From Paraspadella gotoi (Eukaryota; Animalia; Chaetognatha), in assembly GCA_051294375.1 (NCBI GenBank), contig CM119271.1, positions 15,196,770 through 15,260,769 of the forward strand: a stretch of 64,000 nucleotides of DNA. The letters run 5' to 3'. Shown here piece after piece: positions 52,047 to 64,000 of the stretch (position 1 is its first letter; each line of letters opens with the position of its first letter). A model generated the notes under the pieces. It saw only the letters and a program-made list of their open reading frames with translations. It was not told the DNA's origin and searched no databases. The translations under genes and the position numbers were made by a program.

Positions 52047-55000
52047 TTGAAGTGAATGCCCAATACCAGACGGCAGCGAGACCATTTTTTTCTACTCTTT
52101 ACTGTCTGAGTGCAATTTAGGTAGAATCGGTCGTCGTCGTCGTCGTCGTCGTCGTCGTGTCGCGTCGTCGTCGTCCGTCTTCCATCAGCGTCGTCGTCGT
52201 CGTCGGTCGTCGTTTTGGCTTTTCACTCCGTCAGACCGATTTCGGGTCACGTGATCCCGAACATTGCCTAAACAACGCGGGTGGACGCCCATGGCAACGG
52301 GAGACACGGGATTTTTTCTTGGCGGATCTCCTTAGCGACGCGATTTTGACCTTGAACCGTCGCCATGGCAACGGAGCGAAGAGAGAGAAAGCTTTCCAAA
52401 AATGCCTTGATTCTGGTAAGACGAAAAAACAATAAGCTTGCAGGGTCCTGTACGAAAATTGATATTACTAATAAACAATTTTATAATTCATTCATCAAAT
52501 AAGCTAATCTCGCCCCCTGACTTGAAGCAGGCTTTGGTGGTTTAGCCCAACATCACTCTTACCAGATAATAACACGAGAGAGTTAAAACCAGATTTTTAC
52601 CCAGAATCAATTCGCCTAAGCGAATGACCCATTCCGATTTGCGACAGAAAAAAAATAACTTTAATAACACTATTAAACTCAGTATTAATGTCATAGACAC
52701 TTCAAATTAACTATTATAAGAAAGAAGGATGATCGAGATTCCGATCGCCTAAACTTTCCAGTCTCGTTTAGTCACTTCCCGATTACCCAGTGGCTTTCCC
52801 CTATAAAGAAGTGGTGGTGGCAGCAAGACTTAAAGCTGTCTCACTGCTGTCCGTCCTCAGCTCGTCTCAATGGCTGGAGCAGGCTAAATCATCTCATTCC
52901 ATCCGTGGCGTCCGGGTTCAATCCCTGGTTATCCCGGTTCTGGCTAATGTGACGGTGCCGGTATAAACATGCCAGTGACAGGAGGCGTCACTGAGGGTCC
53001 GCAGCCCTACGCCAGTTGGTGGAATACCCCCGCGCCCCGCGGTATCACCGGCTATCCTCCCGTTTGGCCATAGGTGGGATAATATTTCAAAGAAGTTTTC
53101 AATTGAATAAAAGGAAAAACTCCCATAAGTATTAGATCTGAGAATACATAGGCGTTAAAAACAATACTTTATCATCTTGTAGATGGATGGAAGAGCTGTC
53201 CAAATCAGGAGACAATATAGCTTTACTTAGGATAATTTAATATTGGATAATGGCTGATACACAATTCGGAAGAAGAGATACCAGTCTTCGTAGAGAGAAA
53301 AGGTCAGTCGAATCAGCTGGGGGAAGTGATGTCACCGAGGTCGGTGATGCTTTTGGATTCGTGAAGTGATGAATGAATGAGAACGAAGCTGAGTGAGTTA
53401 AATGGTGAGGAAGAGGAGGGAGAGTGAGAGAGGGTAAGGACGAGTAAGGAATCTTTAGCGGAGACGAAGTTTGAAAAAAAAAAATTTTCGAATTGAAAAA
53501 AGTACGAAAGACTTTCATCATGTAGAAGCTCGTTTTCAGAAACCATTGGTTGGCTCTCTCTCCTCCACGTCTCTCTCTCTCTTTCTCTCTCTCTCTCATC
53601 TCTCCACTCTCCTCTCCGCTCCCTCTCTTCCCCCCACGTCTCCAATTTTCCCCTCAACCGAGTTAACGGGAATAGTCGGGGCCCATTGAGAGAGATAAAA
53701 GCGACGATGACTTTTATGCTATCGTCGAACGGGAATGGGGCAAGATAGGTAAGAGAAGAGAGAGGTGGAGGAAAAGAGGAGTAGAGGAGGGGGGCGGGAG
53801 AGATAGGAAGATGAGTTAAGAGAAGTAGAGAATTAAGATAAGTAAAGTGTGAGGGGTAGGAGGCGGGAGGAGATAGGAAGATGAGTAAGAGAAGTAGAGA
53901 AAAAGATAAGTAAAGGAGGGGTAGGAGGTGGGAGGAGTAACAGAAGATGAGTAAGAGAAGTAGAGGAAGATAAGGGTAAAGGAGGGGGCAAAGGAGGCGG
54001 GAGGAGATAGGAAGATGATAAGCTAGAAGTAGAGGAAAAGAGAAGTAAAGGAGTGGGCCAGTAGGTGGAAGAGATAGGAAGATCGAGTAAGAGAAGTAGA
54101 GGGAAAGAAAGTAAAGGAGGGGGCAGGGAGTGGGGGGAGATAGGAAATATGAAGTAAGAGGAAGTAGAATGGAAAAGAGAAAGTAAAGAGGTAGGCGGGA
54201 GGAGAAGAGAGATATAGGTTGAAGAATGAGAGGAAGGGAAAAGGCAAGATAGAAAAGAACAAATAGAGAAGATAATAACAAAGAGAAAATAAATGGTTTA
54301 CCCAATTGATTAACAACGAGAAAGCGATTGACTGACTGATGACTGATAAGACGACTTGGCTTCCTCATATAAAAAGAGCGACATCATAAGAACGAATCGT
54401 TCTCAGTGATTCGTGGGCCTCCGAAATCAACGACAAGTTTTCACTTTTTTGGGGTCTGAAAATGTCTGGATAAGTCCGTAAATGGTCTTTTTTATGAAAT
54501 TGGTACGAACAATATGACAAATTATTAATAAATAAGTTGACTTTGGACAGGCCTTTGGTGGTTTTAGGCCTCCATCACTGCTTACAAGAAAAACATACAG
54601 CTGTGTCCAATGGTATTTTTTCTGTCGGGTTAACTTTTACATATTTGTGCCGGGAGTTGTTATTAAATCTTATTTCTGGGAAAACAGTGTCAAAGATAAG
54701 TTTTTACTAAAATTTATGATACTATATCGAATTCAATTTTATCAATTTTTTTTGCAGACATTCCAAATATTAAATGAGTCATAATTTCTCACTTTTTTAA
54801 TTATCGGCGAAAGCCGGGTCAGGCTCTAATAATGTTTTAGTATTGCCTTCTTTGTGACGCTGAGTCGTCGTCGTCGTCGTCGTCGCGTCGGCGTCACGTT
54901 TTTTTTTGTATAAAAGCTACTGCCGCTTTTATAGTTTTGGCTGGGACTTACCGTTTTTTTTTAAATAAATTATATGAATATTATAAAGTTTACAATAAGT

Positions 55001-56037
55001 GGTGCGATCATAGTAAGTTAAAAAAATTAGATATGGTTTCTCAACTTGAAATAAGCTTTGATATTTTCTTATTTAACATTGGAATTAAAGTATTTTTTGT
55101 TTGAATTTCCCTTCATTTATGATTTACTGCAATATGCAAATGAGATTATAGTACTCATTATAATATCCAAATTAGTATATAGAAATGACTTTAAGCTAAT
55201 TTACATATTGCAGTATATAATATTGAAAGATGAAATTCAAATTTTTTTTTAAATTTCTTAATAACAATGGGAACTCAAAGGATTTTTTTAATGAGAAGCT
55301 ATAATCTTAATTTTAATACAAATAAAAATAAAATCTTTTTACAAGCTGCGATTTGGAAAAAATTGGAAAGTTTCCAATTGTAAACCATTGTAACATTTTT
55401 TGCCTTTTCTTTTATTTATTTTTTAATATAATATTTTTTTTTTAGGCGCGCTTTCTGAATCGTTTAAAAACGAAGTTCAGTTTCTCTCTGGTCTCTCTTT
55501 GTGTGCGATCTCTGCGTGATTCGTTCGTTGGAAAAATTCTGATTATTTTTTTCTTTCTAAAAAACATCTATATTTGATCAGGCCGCTCCCTTTTCTGAAT
55601 CGTTTAAAAAAAACGAGTCAGGCCTCTTCTTCTCCTCCGTCTTCTTCTCTCTCTCACTCTCTTCTCTCTCTCTCTTTTTTTTAACAAAAAAAATTATTCA
55701 CCTTTGTTTTACCACCGTTTTTGAAAATTCTTATTATTTCTTTCCTTCTAAAAACTTTATTATCGCCATTATATTCCGCGCATTCTTTCTCAATACAAAT
55801 CCGCAAATTTAATCTGAGATTTTCGTGGATTTTTTTGAGAAAATGTGAAGAATAACGTTTACTTGACCTGGATTTCGTGGACCGTTGCGGGGCAACGAGT
55901 AAACAATGTCGAGGGAACATGACCATAATTAAACGGCACGTTACGTGTATAAAAAAATCAACTTGACCGAGATCACGGCCGATATAAAAAGACGTGACCT
56001 ATATTGCGTATGTTGGCGGGAAAACTTTCTCTCTCTC

Positions 56038-56070
<33 letters not shown>

Positions 56071-57108
56071 TTTCTCTCTCTCTCTCCTCTCTCTCTCTCT
56101 CAGTCACGTGTCGTCTCACACAGGCTTCATCTTTAATTTTGTTTTACAAAAAAATTTATTCAACTTGTAAACGAGTAAACGAGTTCCGGCCTCTCCTCTT
56201 CTCTCTCTCTCTATCTTTCTCTCTATCTGTTCTCCTCTCTCTTTCCTCTCTTTCTATCTCTTTTTTTTGTACAAAAATAATTTTTAGTCACCTTTTTTTC
56301 ACCTCCGTCACTGCGCGACGAGTACGAGTTCCGGCTCTCTCTATCTCTCTCTCTCTCTTTTTTTTTTACAAAAAAAAATTGTTTTTTTAGTCACTTTTTT
56401 TTTCACTCTCTCTCTCTCCTCTCGCTCTCTCTCCTCTCTCTCTCTCTCTCTCTCCCTCTTCTCTCTATGTACGACGTTCGTTTTTGAAAAATTCTTATTA
56501 TTTTTTTCCTTCTAAAAACTTTATTATCGCCATTTTTTTTTTTTCTCTATACAAAATCCCAAATTTACATCCGTGATTTTCATGGATTCCTTTTAGAAAA
56601 AGGAAAAATAACTTATAATGCAGGCAATGTCACAGTGTACATCAGCTTGCTGCTGTACATATAGCTGCTATATGTCCGGCAAATGCGCGATTAATTTAAT
56701 TGCATATATAACTTTCTAACAAAAATATTTTTTTGTTTTTGTTTATTACTGTAACTTTGGAACGGTTGGCCCACTATTGGCAAATTATATCTAAAATAGG
56801 AGTTGAGAAGAGAGACATTGTCAAATTAAACATTACTTTTTTTGTTATTCTAATAATTTTACAATTTAAAATTGTAAATTTTTTTTAGTGTTATATTTAA
56901 AATCATTTTTATTCTTTTTTAAAATAATAATTATTGAGTTGGGATAAATATTTATAAATATAGTTAAATATGCAAATATGAAATTTGACCTCGTCTGGTT
57001 TCTTCTTAAAAAAAAAGAAAAATCTAAAATTTCATTCAAAGGAAAGGAAAAGAGTTCGTCCCTACTCAGATACGTCGAAAAACGAGTCAGCTCTGGCAGG
57101 GCGTCCAG

Positions 57109-57157
<49 letters not shown>

Positions 57158-57310
57158 CTCTCTTTCTTCTTTCTATTATTCCGCCATTTACTCCGGCTTT
57201 TTCTCAATACAAAATCCCAATTTACATCCGAGATTTTCGTGAATTTTTTTTCTAAAATTCTGATTATACTTTATATAAACGAGAGTGAAAACTGACCAGC
57301 CTCTCTCACT

Positions 57311-57384
<74 letters not shown>

Positions 57385-60300
57385 ATGTCATACACGCATT
57401 TGTTTGTTTTATTTACGATGAATGAACTCATCGCGTAAATGAATGACTTTCATCGCATCAAATGAATGATTATCATCATATCAATGAATGATTATCATCA
57501 CATCAATGAATGACTATCATCGCATCAATCATTTGATTATCATCACATCAGTTTATTTTATTATCATCGCATCAATTATTGGTTATCATCGCATCAATAT
57601 TTAGTTATCATCGCATTAATATTGGTTACCATCGAAAGCTGGCTCGATTTCTATTGCTTTTAAGATTTTTTTATATAATTTTTATTTTAAAATTAAATTA
57701 ATTTAAAAAAAATGACGTTAAAAATATTTTAAATAGATATAAAAATTTAAATTTAGATTTGTATAAAATAAATGCATTAATAAAAACAAATAAACAAATA
57801 TTAAAAAAAATACAAAAATTGATAAAAATATACTAATAATTGATATTTAATTTTATTATTTGAAGTTGTGAGCGATTTAATCATTAAGCCAGAACAAAAT
57901 GTTGCTTTTATTCAACAAATTATTATTAAATCAAATAAGTAGATAATTTTAAAAAAATAATGATTACTGTATTATAAAAGCTCTGGAGCTAAAAATATGA
58001 GTAGTTTCTTACTGTCCTGAATCTAAAGAAAAGATTTAAAACATTATTTAATCAATATTATAAAAATATTTCTAAATATTAAAAAATATATAATTTAAAA
58101 TTGTTTTTAAAACAATTACTGAAAAATTTTTTACTAATTGCTTTATTTTGTTTGCTGTTGTTCAATTTTAAAAATTTAGGGTATCCTATAAAATGGTCCA
58201 CTTGTGGCGCATATTCCATTATGATTAATTAAAAGTTTTTCGATCTGGTATAGGAGCAGTAAGCTTTTCTAACCAGACTGTACCATTGGGACATACTGTA
58301 GCAGTCCTGCAAGCTTTCAATGAAGACTCTCTCTCAGTCTCGTTATACTTACTGCCAGAGTACCTGGCTTCCCTACAAACGAATTTGTATAATGTTTCAG
58401 TTGTTTATCATATGCATACCGTTCATCAGAAGCTACAGCCCCTAAGGGCATTAAACCCTCTTTTCACGGTGAACCCGTAACGAGTAGAGATCCCAATGAC
58501 TTTTTTATCTTCTTGCTCGCATTCATTTGCTTTAACTCTTCCATCTGAATCCATAGCTAAAATCTTCATGCCTTCAAGAAGTCTTTCTGACACGATCTCC
58601 AACCAAAACGGGAACTCTATTGAAGCAATTTACTTTTTATGTACCCTCTATGCAGCAACCTTCATTGCAGCAACTCCAATTGTCGAAATTACATCCTCGT
58701 AATCTTCGTCAAATCAATTCTTCATATTTCAAGACGTTAATCAGTTTCTTCCAACCTTATTGATGCAACGTATTGCCGCACCATATTGCTGCAAAATGAA
58801 TTTTCAATATCCTGTCGCAGCGATCAGATGGCGCGACAGTATTGGCTGTAACCGCATTGCAGCAACCCTCTCTGCAGCATCGAGACCAAAAAGAATAAAG
58901 AATCGAGTTCCATTAAAACCTGAAGCGCGAGGAAAAGTTCGTGTCTGGGCAGAATAGAGGAGAGAGAAAAGGAAAAGGAAATAAAGAAAAAGGAAGGAAA
59001 GAGAGAGAAAAAAAAAAAGAAAGATAGAAAATAAATTAAGGAAGAGAAAAAAGGAAAGAAAGGAAAGAGAGAATAAAAGAATAGGAAGATTAGAAAAAAA
59101 ATTGAAGAAAGAGAAAAAGGAAAGAAAGGAAAAAGAAAAGAAAAGAAAAGGAAGATAAGAAAATAAATTGAAGGAAGAGAAAAAAGGAAAGAAAGGAAAA
59201 GAGAGAAAAAAGAAAGGAAAGACAAGAAACTAAATTGAGGAAGAGAAAAAAGGAAAAGAAAGGAAAAAAATAGAAAAAGAAAAGGAAAGGATAAGAAACT
59301 AAATTGAAGGAAGAGAAAAAAGGAAAGAAAGAGAGGAAAGAAGAAAGGGATGGAAAAAAGGAAGAAAGAGAGGAAAGGAGGAAAGGGAAAGGGAGGAAAA
59401 GAAAGAAAGAGAGGTAAGGAAGAAGGGGAGGAAAGGAAAGAAAGGAAAAAAAAGGAAAGAAAGAAAAAAGGTAAGAAAGGTGGAAGATATATCTAACAAA
59501 CGAGAGCTAAAGGAAAAAAAGAAAAAGAAATAAAGTCCATTGAGATAAAGAAGGAATGAAATGAGAGAGAATGAAACAAGAATAAACTGTGATGTCTTGT
59601 GACGCTATGTTATTATCTTGTAGTGTGACGAGGCTTTAAATCCGTCATAGCCTTAAATCCGTCATAGCCTTAAATCCGTCATAGCCTTTCCAAAGGTCGA
59701 GCAAGATCTAGCTATTTTTTCGTGAATGGATAAATTTGAATATTGGTTTTACAATTTTATATGTATTGACTATTGAGCAATAATAAGTCTAAAAAGCTAC
59801 TGATAATAATATTATAATAATATATGAAGAGAAAGACCTCGCGATTCCCTGAGCGTAACTATGGGCGGATATGCGGTTTTGAACTGTGCCTCTCGTATGA
59901 GAAGATTGTAATGGGGTGGGGGGCTGGGGGCGAGGAACGCGTCGGGGTTGAGGGGGCGGAGGGGCGGGGGGGGGGGCTGATCGATTGAATCCATGGTGCG
60001 TCTTTCGGCGAGGGAACGATAAGAATTCATGGAGCAGAATTCAGTCTCGAATTTAAGGCGAGAAGAAAAAAGGAAATAAAGAAATTTCTATATTTAAAAT
60101 TAAATTATTAAATTGTGTTAAATTATCCCAGTGAAGGAAAATCGTCGTTTGTTAGGATAAAAAACTTATAACGAAATGTGGCTAATTTTTAGCGCGAAGA
60201 TATGAAAATGAACAAGATAAGGAGAGCGCCTCTCACACTAAGGGCATCTTCACAAGCGCCCACCACACTAAGGCCTTTTCCACTAAGCGCCTCCACACTA

Positions 60301-61108
60301 AGGGCCTTTTCCACTAAGCGCCTCCCACACTAAAGGCCTCTTCACTAAGCGCTTCTCACACTAGGGCCTTTTTCCCACTAAGCGCCTCTCACACTAAGGG
60401 CCTCTTTTCACTCCAGCGCCTCCAACACTAAGTGACCCTTCCCTTTTTTTTCCTTTTATTTTTTTTTGTGGCACGAGTGAAAAGTCATGGATCGTGGGGC
60501 GGTTTTACCTTCGTTGCAGATTCGTCATTTCTTGGCTCAGGTCACGCTTTTTTTTTTGTCGGTCTCGATAATTTTGAATCAATAAGATCGGCGAAATGAA
60601 TCCAGAAATTTTGCGGTAATCGTCGTCGTCGTCGTCGTCGTCGTGACTGTTGTCTTCGTGACTGTCGTCGTCATTATGGTCATTGCCGCCACCGCCACCG
60701 CCACTAGCCGCGCCGGCGCCACCGCCCCCGCCACCGCCCGCCGCCACCCGCAGCAGCTGCCTGGCGCGAAATTTGCGGTCAGTCGCAAGTGAAAAATCTA
60801 CGCCAAACCTGCGTTGACTGCAGGAAGGGGGGAGCAGGGGGGCGGAAGCAGGGGGCGGAGCAGGGGGGCGGAGCAGGGGGGAATAAATCAATGGATTTGG
60901 GGAAAGAGGGAAGATCGAGGGGAGGAAGGGAAGGAGAGGGAAATGGGGAGAAGGGGCAGGGGTGCAAATGGGAACGAGGGATTAATTAAGTGTATAAATA
61001 ATGGATAAAAAATGAAGGAACTGAAGAAATTAAAAAAATGATCGATTAAAGTCATGAAGGAAATAGACGATAGATTTCCGACCGCGAAAGAGTTCCATGC
61101 TGAGAGAG

Positions 61109-61168
<60 letters not shown>

Positions 61169-61676
61169 AGAGACGTTGTCAATTGATTTGATCTCGTCTT
61201 CTCTCACAGTTTTTTTCTTCTCTTCGAGATAGGAATTTTACAACACGAGAGAAAATGATAATGATAAATGATGATTAATGATTAATGATTAATAGTATAT
61301 TAATATTTTATTTAGAAATCGTGATTATCGTCGTCGTCGTTGTCGTCGTCGTCGTCGCGCGTCGTCGTCGTCGTCGTCACTCTAATGTCCGTGACAAATT
61401 TTGTTGAATAATAAAAAATACTTATAGTACAAAATGCCTAGGATTTTTTTATCATTTGAAATTGAAGCACTCCAATTATATTTTAGCTCTTTCTCCTCTC
61501 TCTCTCTCTCTCTCTCTCTCTTCATTCTATCTCCGACTTCTGGTATAATTCGATCGTAAAAAACCACGAAAAAAAAGCTCAATAATTGTTTTTAACGATT
61601 TTTTAACAATGTTTTATTATCGTCGCTTTAGCGTCGAAGCCAGAGACTTCAATTCAGTTTTATCTCTCTCTCTCTC

Positions 61677-61755
<79 letters not shown>

Positions 61756-64000
61756 CTTCTCTCTCTCCTGCGGAGACATCGTCCTCCCGATAAGTTCGTG
61801 ATAAAATAAACATTGGAACAAAACGCGAAACTCGGTGGAGGGAAATTTTGGGATGGAGAAGGGGAGGAGGAGGAGGAAGGGAGAGAGAGGAGGAGGAGGG
61901 AAGAAGGACGAAGAGGAGGGAGAGAGGAAGAGGAGGAGGAAAAGGAGAGAGGGAGGGAGAGGAAAAGGAGGAGGAAAGGGATGGAGAGGAGGAAGAAATC
62001 AAAAGAAAAGGGAAAAAGTTGTTTTGAGTAAAAAGGAAATTTAAACGCAATTTGGAGAAAATGAAAGAAAGGAAAGGAGAGGAAAGGACAGGAAAGGAAA
62101 AGAAAGGAAAGGAAAGGAAAGGAAAGGAAAGGAAAGGAAAGGAAAGGAAGGGAAAGGAAAGGAAAGGAAGGGAAAGGAAAGGAAAGGAAAGGAAAGGAAA
62201 GAAAGGGTGGAAAGAAAGGATTAAGGGAAAAGAGGGGTTGAAGAAAGGAGAGAGAAGAGGAGACAAAATTGGAGGTCGATCGGGGTTAAAGATGGCGGAC
62301 TCTGACAAAAGGGAGGAAAAGAAAAGAAAAGAAAAGAAAAGAAAAAGAGAAAAAAGAAAAGAAACGAAGGAAAAATTAGAGATGGAAGAAGAGAAGTAGA
62401 GAAAAAAGAGAGGTTCAGCGGCAAAAGATGAAGAGAAAAAGGTTAAGAGGAAGACAAAGTGAAGTTTAGGAGGGAAAGAGAAAAGGAAATAGGAAAAGAG
62501 AGGAAAAGAAGCAAAAAAGAGAAGAGAAAAATAAGAAAAGAATATTAGATATGTTCAGTAGCAAAAGATGAGATAGACAAAGAGAGGTTCAGCATAGAAA
62601 AGAAGAGAGATGGGATAGTAGAAAAGGATAGAAAATAAGAGAGATGGGATAGTAGAAAAGGATAGTGGTTAGAGAGAGATGATGAGGAAGAGAGAGATGA
62701 GGAGTCGACGACAACATTCTGCCAAAAAGGAGCAAAACGACAAAAACAATCCAGGGGGAATTTCGCCAGGCGGAGGAGGAGGAGGAGGAGGAGGAGGAGG
62801 AGGAGCAAGTGACAAGAATCTGCCAAAAAGGAGTGAAAACGCCAACCAAGAAAAAAAAAGAAAAGAGAAAAGAAAAAGAAAAAAAGAAAAGGTAGACCCG
62901 TTTCTTTCATCCGGATTCCGGATGTAGTTGGAAATGGGATTATCTTGAAATTTTTTTTGTTTTTAGTTTTTCAGCCGATGTGGAATGAATTTAAGATTTT
63001 TTTTAAATTCCGATATTTCTTAATATTAATACTTATGGGAGTGGTGCTTTTATACGATTGAAATATTTTTTGAAACGATATACATACAACTTCATTGATT
63101 GGGAAGCCACCGAAGCCACGCACTCTGGGAGGGAATAAACCAGGCTGTGAGAGAATCTTGATTGAAAGCTTGTAGGGTTATGTTATTATCATGCAAGAGG
63201 AATAGACGCCACAACCCATAATAGCCTGTCTAAAGTCAGGGGCAAGATAGCTTATTTGTTAAATGAATGGATAGTTTTTATTGTATAATTTTTTTTAAAA
63301 CTTCATCTCGTATTAATTGAGATATCTTAACTAAATCGTTAACAGTCAGAGAAGAGGTATTCATAATATAACATAATAATATAATATTATTCATAACTGT
63401 TAGAAATGATTTTAAATTATACAAAGTCTCTTCGTGAATATCTGAATGATCGATCAAGTCAATTGATTTTATTCTCAACTTTTAATGATTTTATATTATC
63501 TTTATTCTCACTGGTCGAATTCTACTAATAGTAGTTAATGATTGAATTCTCAATAATTTTAAAAAAGATCTCTCTTCTCATTGATCCATTAAATTTAGTC
63601 TTTGTATAAAAGAAAGGGCAACTTTTATTGTTTTGAAGAGATTTCCCTGGGACCATAAGGTAATTGATTGATTTACTGAAATTATTAAATAGTGGAATTA
63701 GTATTAATAAATGATTATTTTTGTAGCTTTTGAGCTTTCACAGCTCTTCAATATATCTTCTAATTGCTCTTCCAATGGCTCTACTGATTGCTATTTCGAT
63801 TGCCCTTATAACTGTCAACTAATACTACTAATACTAATACTACTAATGGTGTTACTGAATTACAACTAACTTCAATGAATACTGTTAATTGAGTTACGGT
63901 TATTGATGAGTCAACAATAGAAAAATTAATATGAAGGATACTCATTGCTCGATCGTGTTCCAAAGTTCGTAAGAAAACGTGCAATCTCTAACAATAACGT
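51290..64000 (+). repeat. Direct duplicate or alternative haplotype of ~26452-38732 plus 44150-44781
   Basis: Colinear over 12.7 kb; lacks the Tc1, carries an extra 259-bp insertion and a shorter GAAAG array. Confidence 0.96.
52815..53073 (+). mobile_element. 259-bp structured insertion with tRNA-like B box and GTGG 4-bp TSD, element B
   Basis: GTGG at 52811-52814 and 53074-53077; single GTGG at the empty site 28010-28013; T-arm CCGGG-TTCAATC-CCTGG at 52912-52928. Confidence 0.85.

Overview
AT-rich, microsatellite-dense eukaryotic (probably invertebrate animal) genomic DNA from a draft assembly, not a prokaryotic locus; most short ORFs in the track are translated (AG)n/(GTC)n/(AAGG)n repeats. 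Two spliced genes can be reconstructed on the minus strand: a WD40-repeat protein (six exons, 5916-1221, continuing off the left edge) and a complete three-coding-exon HSBP1 homologue (12964-10817). Much of the right half is the same ~18 kb locus represented two or three times across two 25-N gaps, most likely alternative haplotypes or long-read gap fills. Comparing the copies exposes two presence/absence insertions: a 1.39 kb Tc1-like transposon (TA TSD, apparent DD35E spacing) and a 259 bp structured element with a tRNA-like core. The best lead is a pair of divergent ~220-260 bp elements (24395-24611, 52815-53073) that share TGGTGG 5' ends, a 5' hairpin, a CCGTYCWTCAGC motif, an internal tRNA-like Pol III module and 4-bp TSDs, resembling solo LTRs of tRNA-carrying TRIMs (Helenus type). 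Also present: Helentron-associated (HINE-like) elements, an abundant dispersed repeat, a decayed Penelope-type hammerhead palindrome, an RFX X-box cluster and several minisatellites. All alignments and translations were done by eye.
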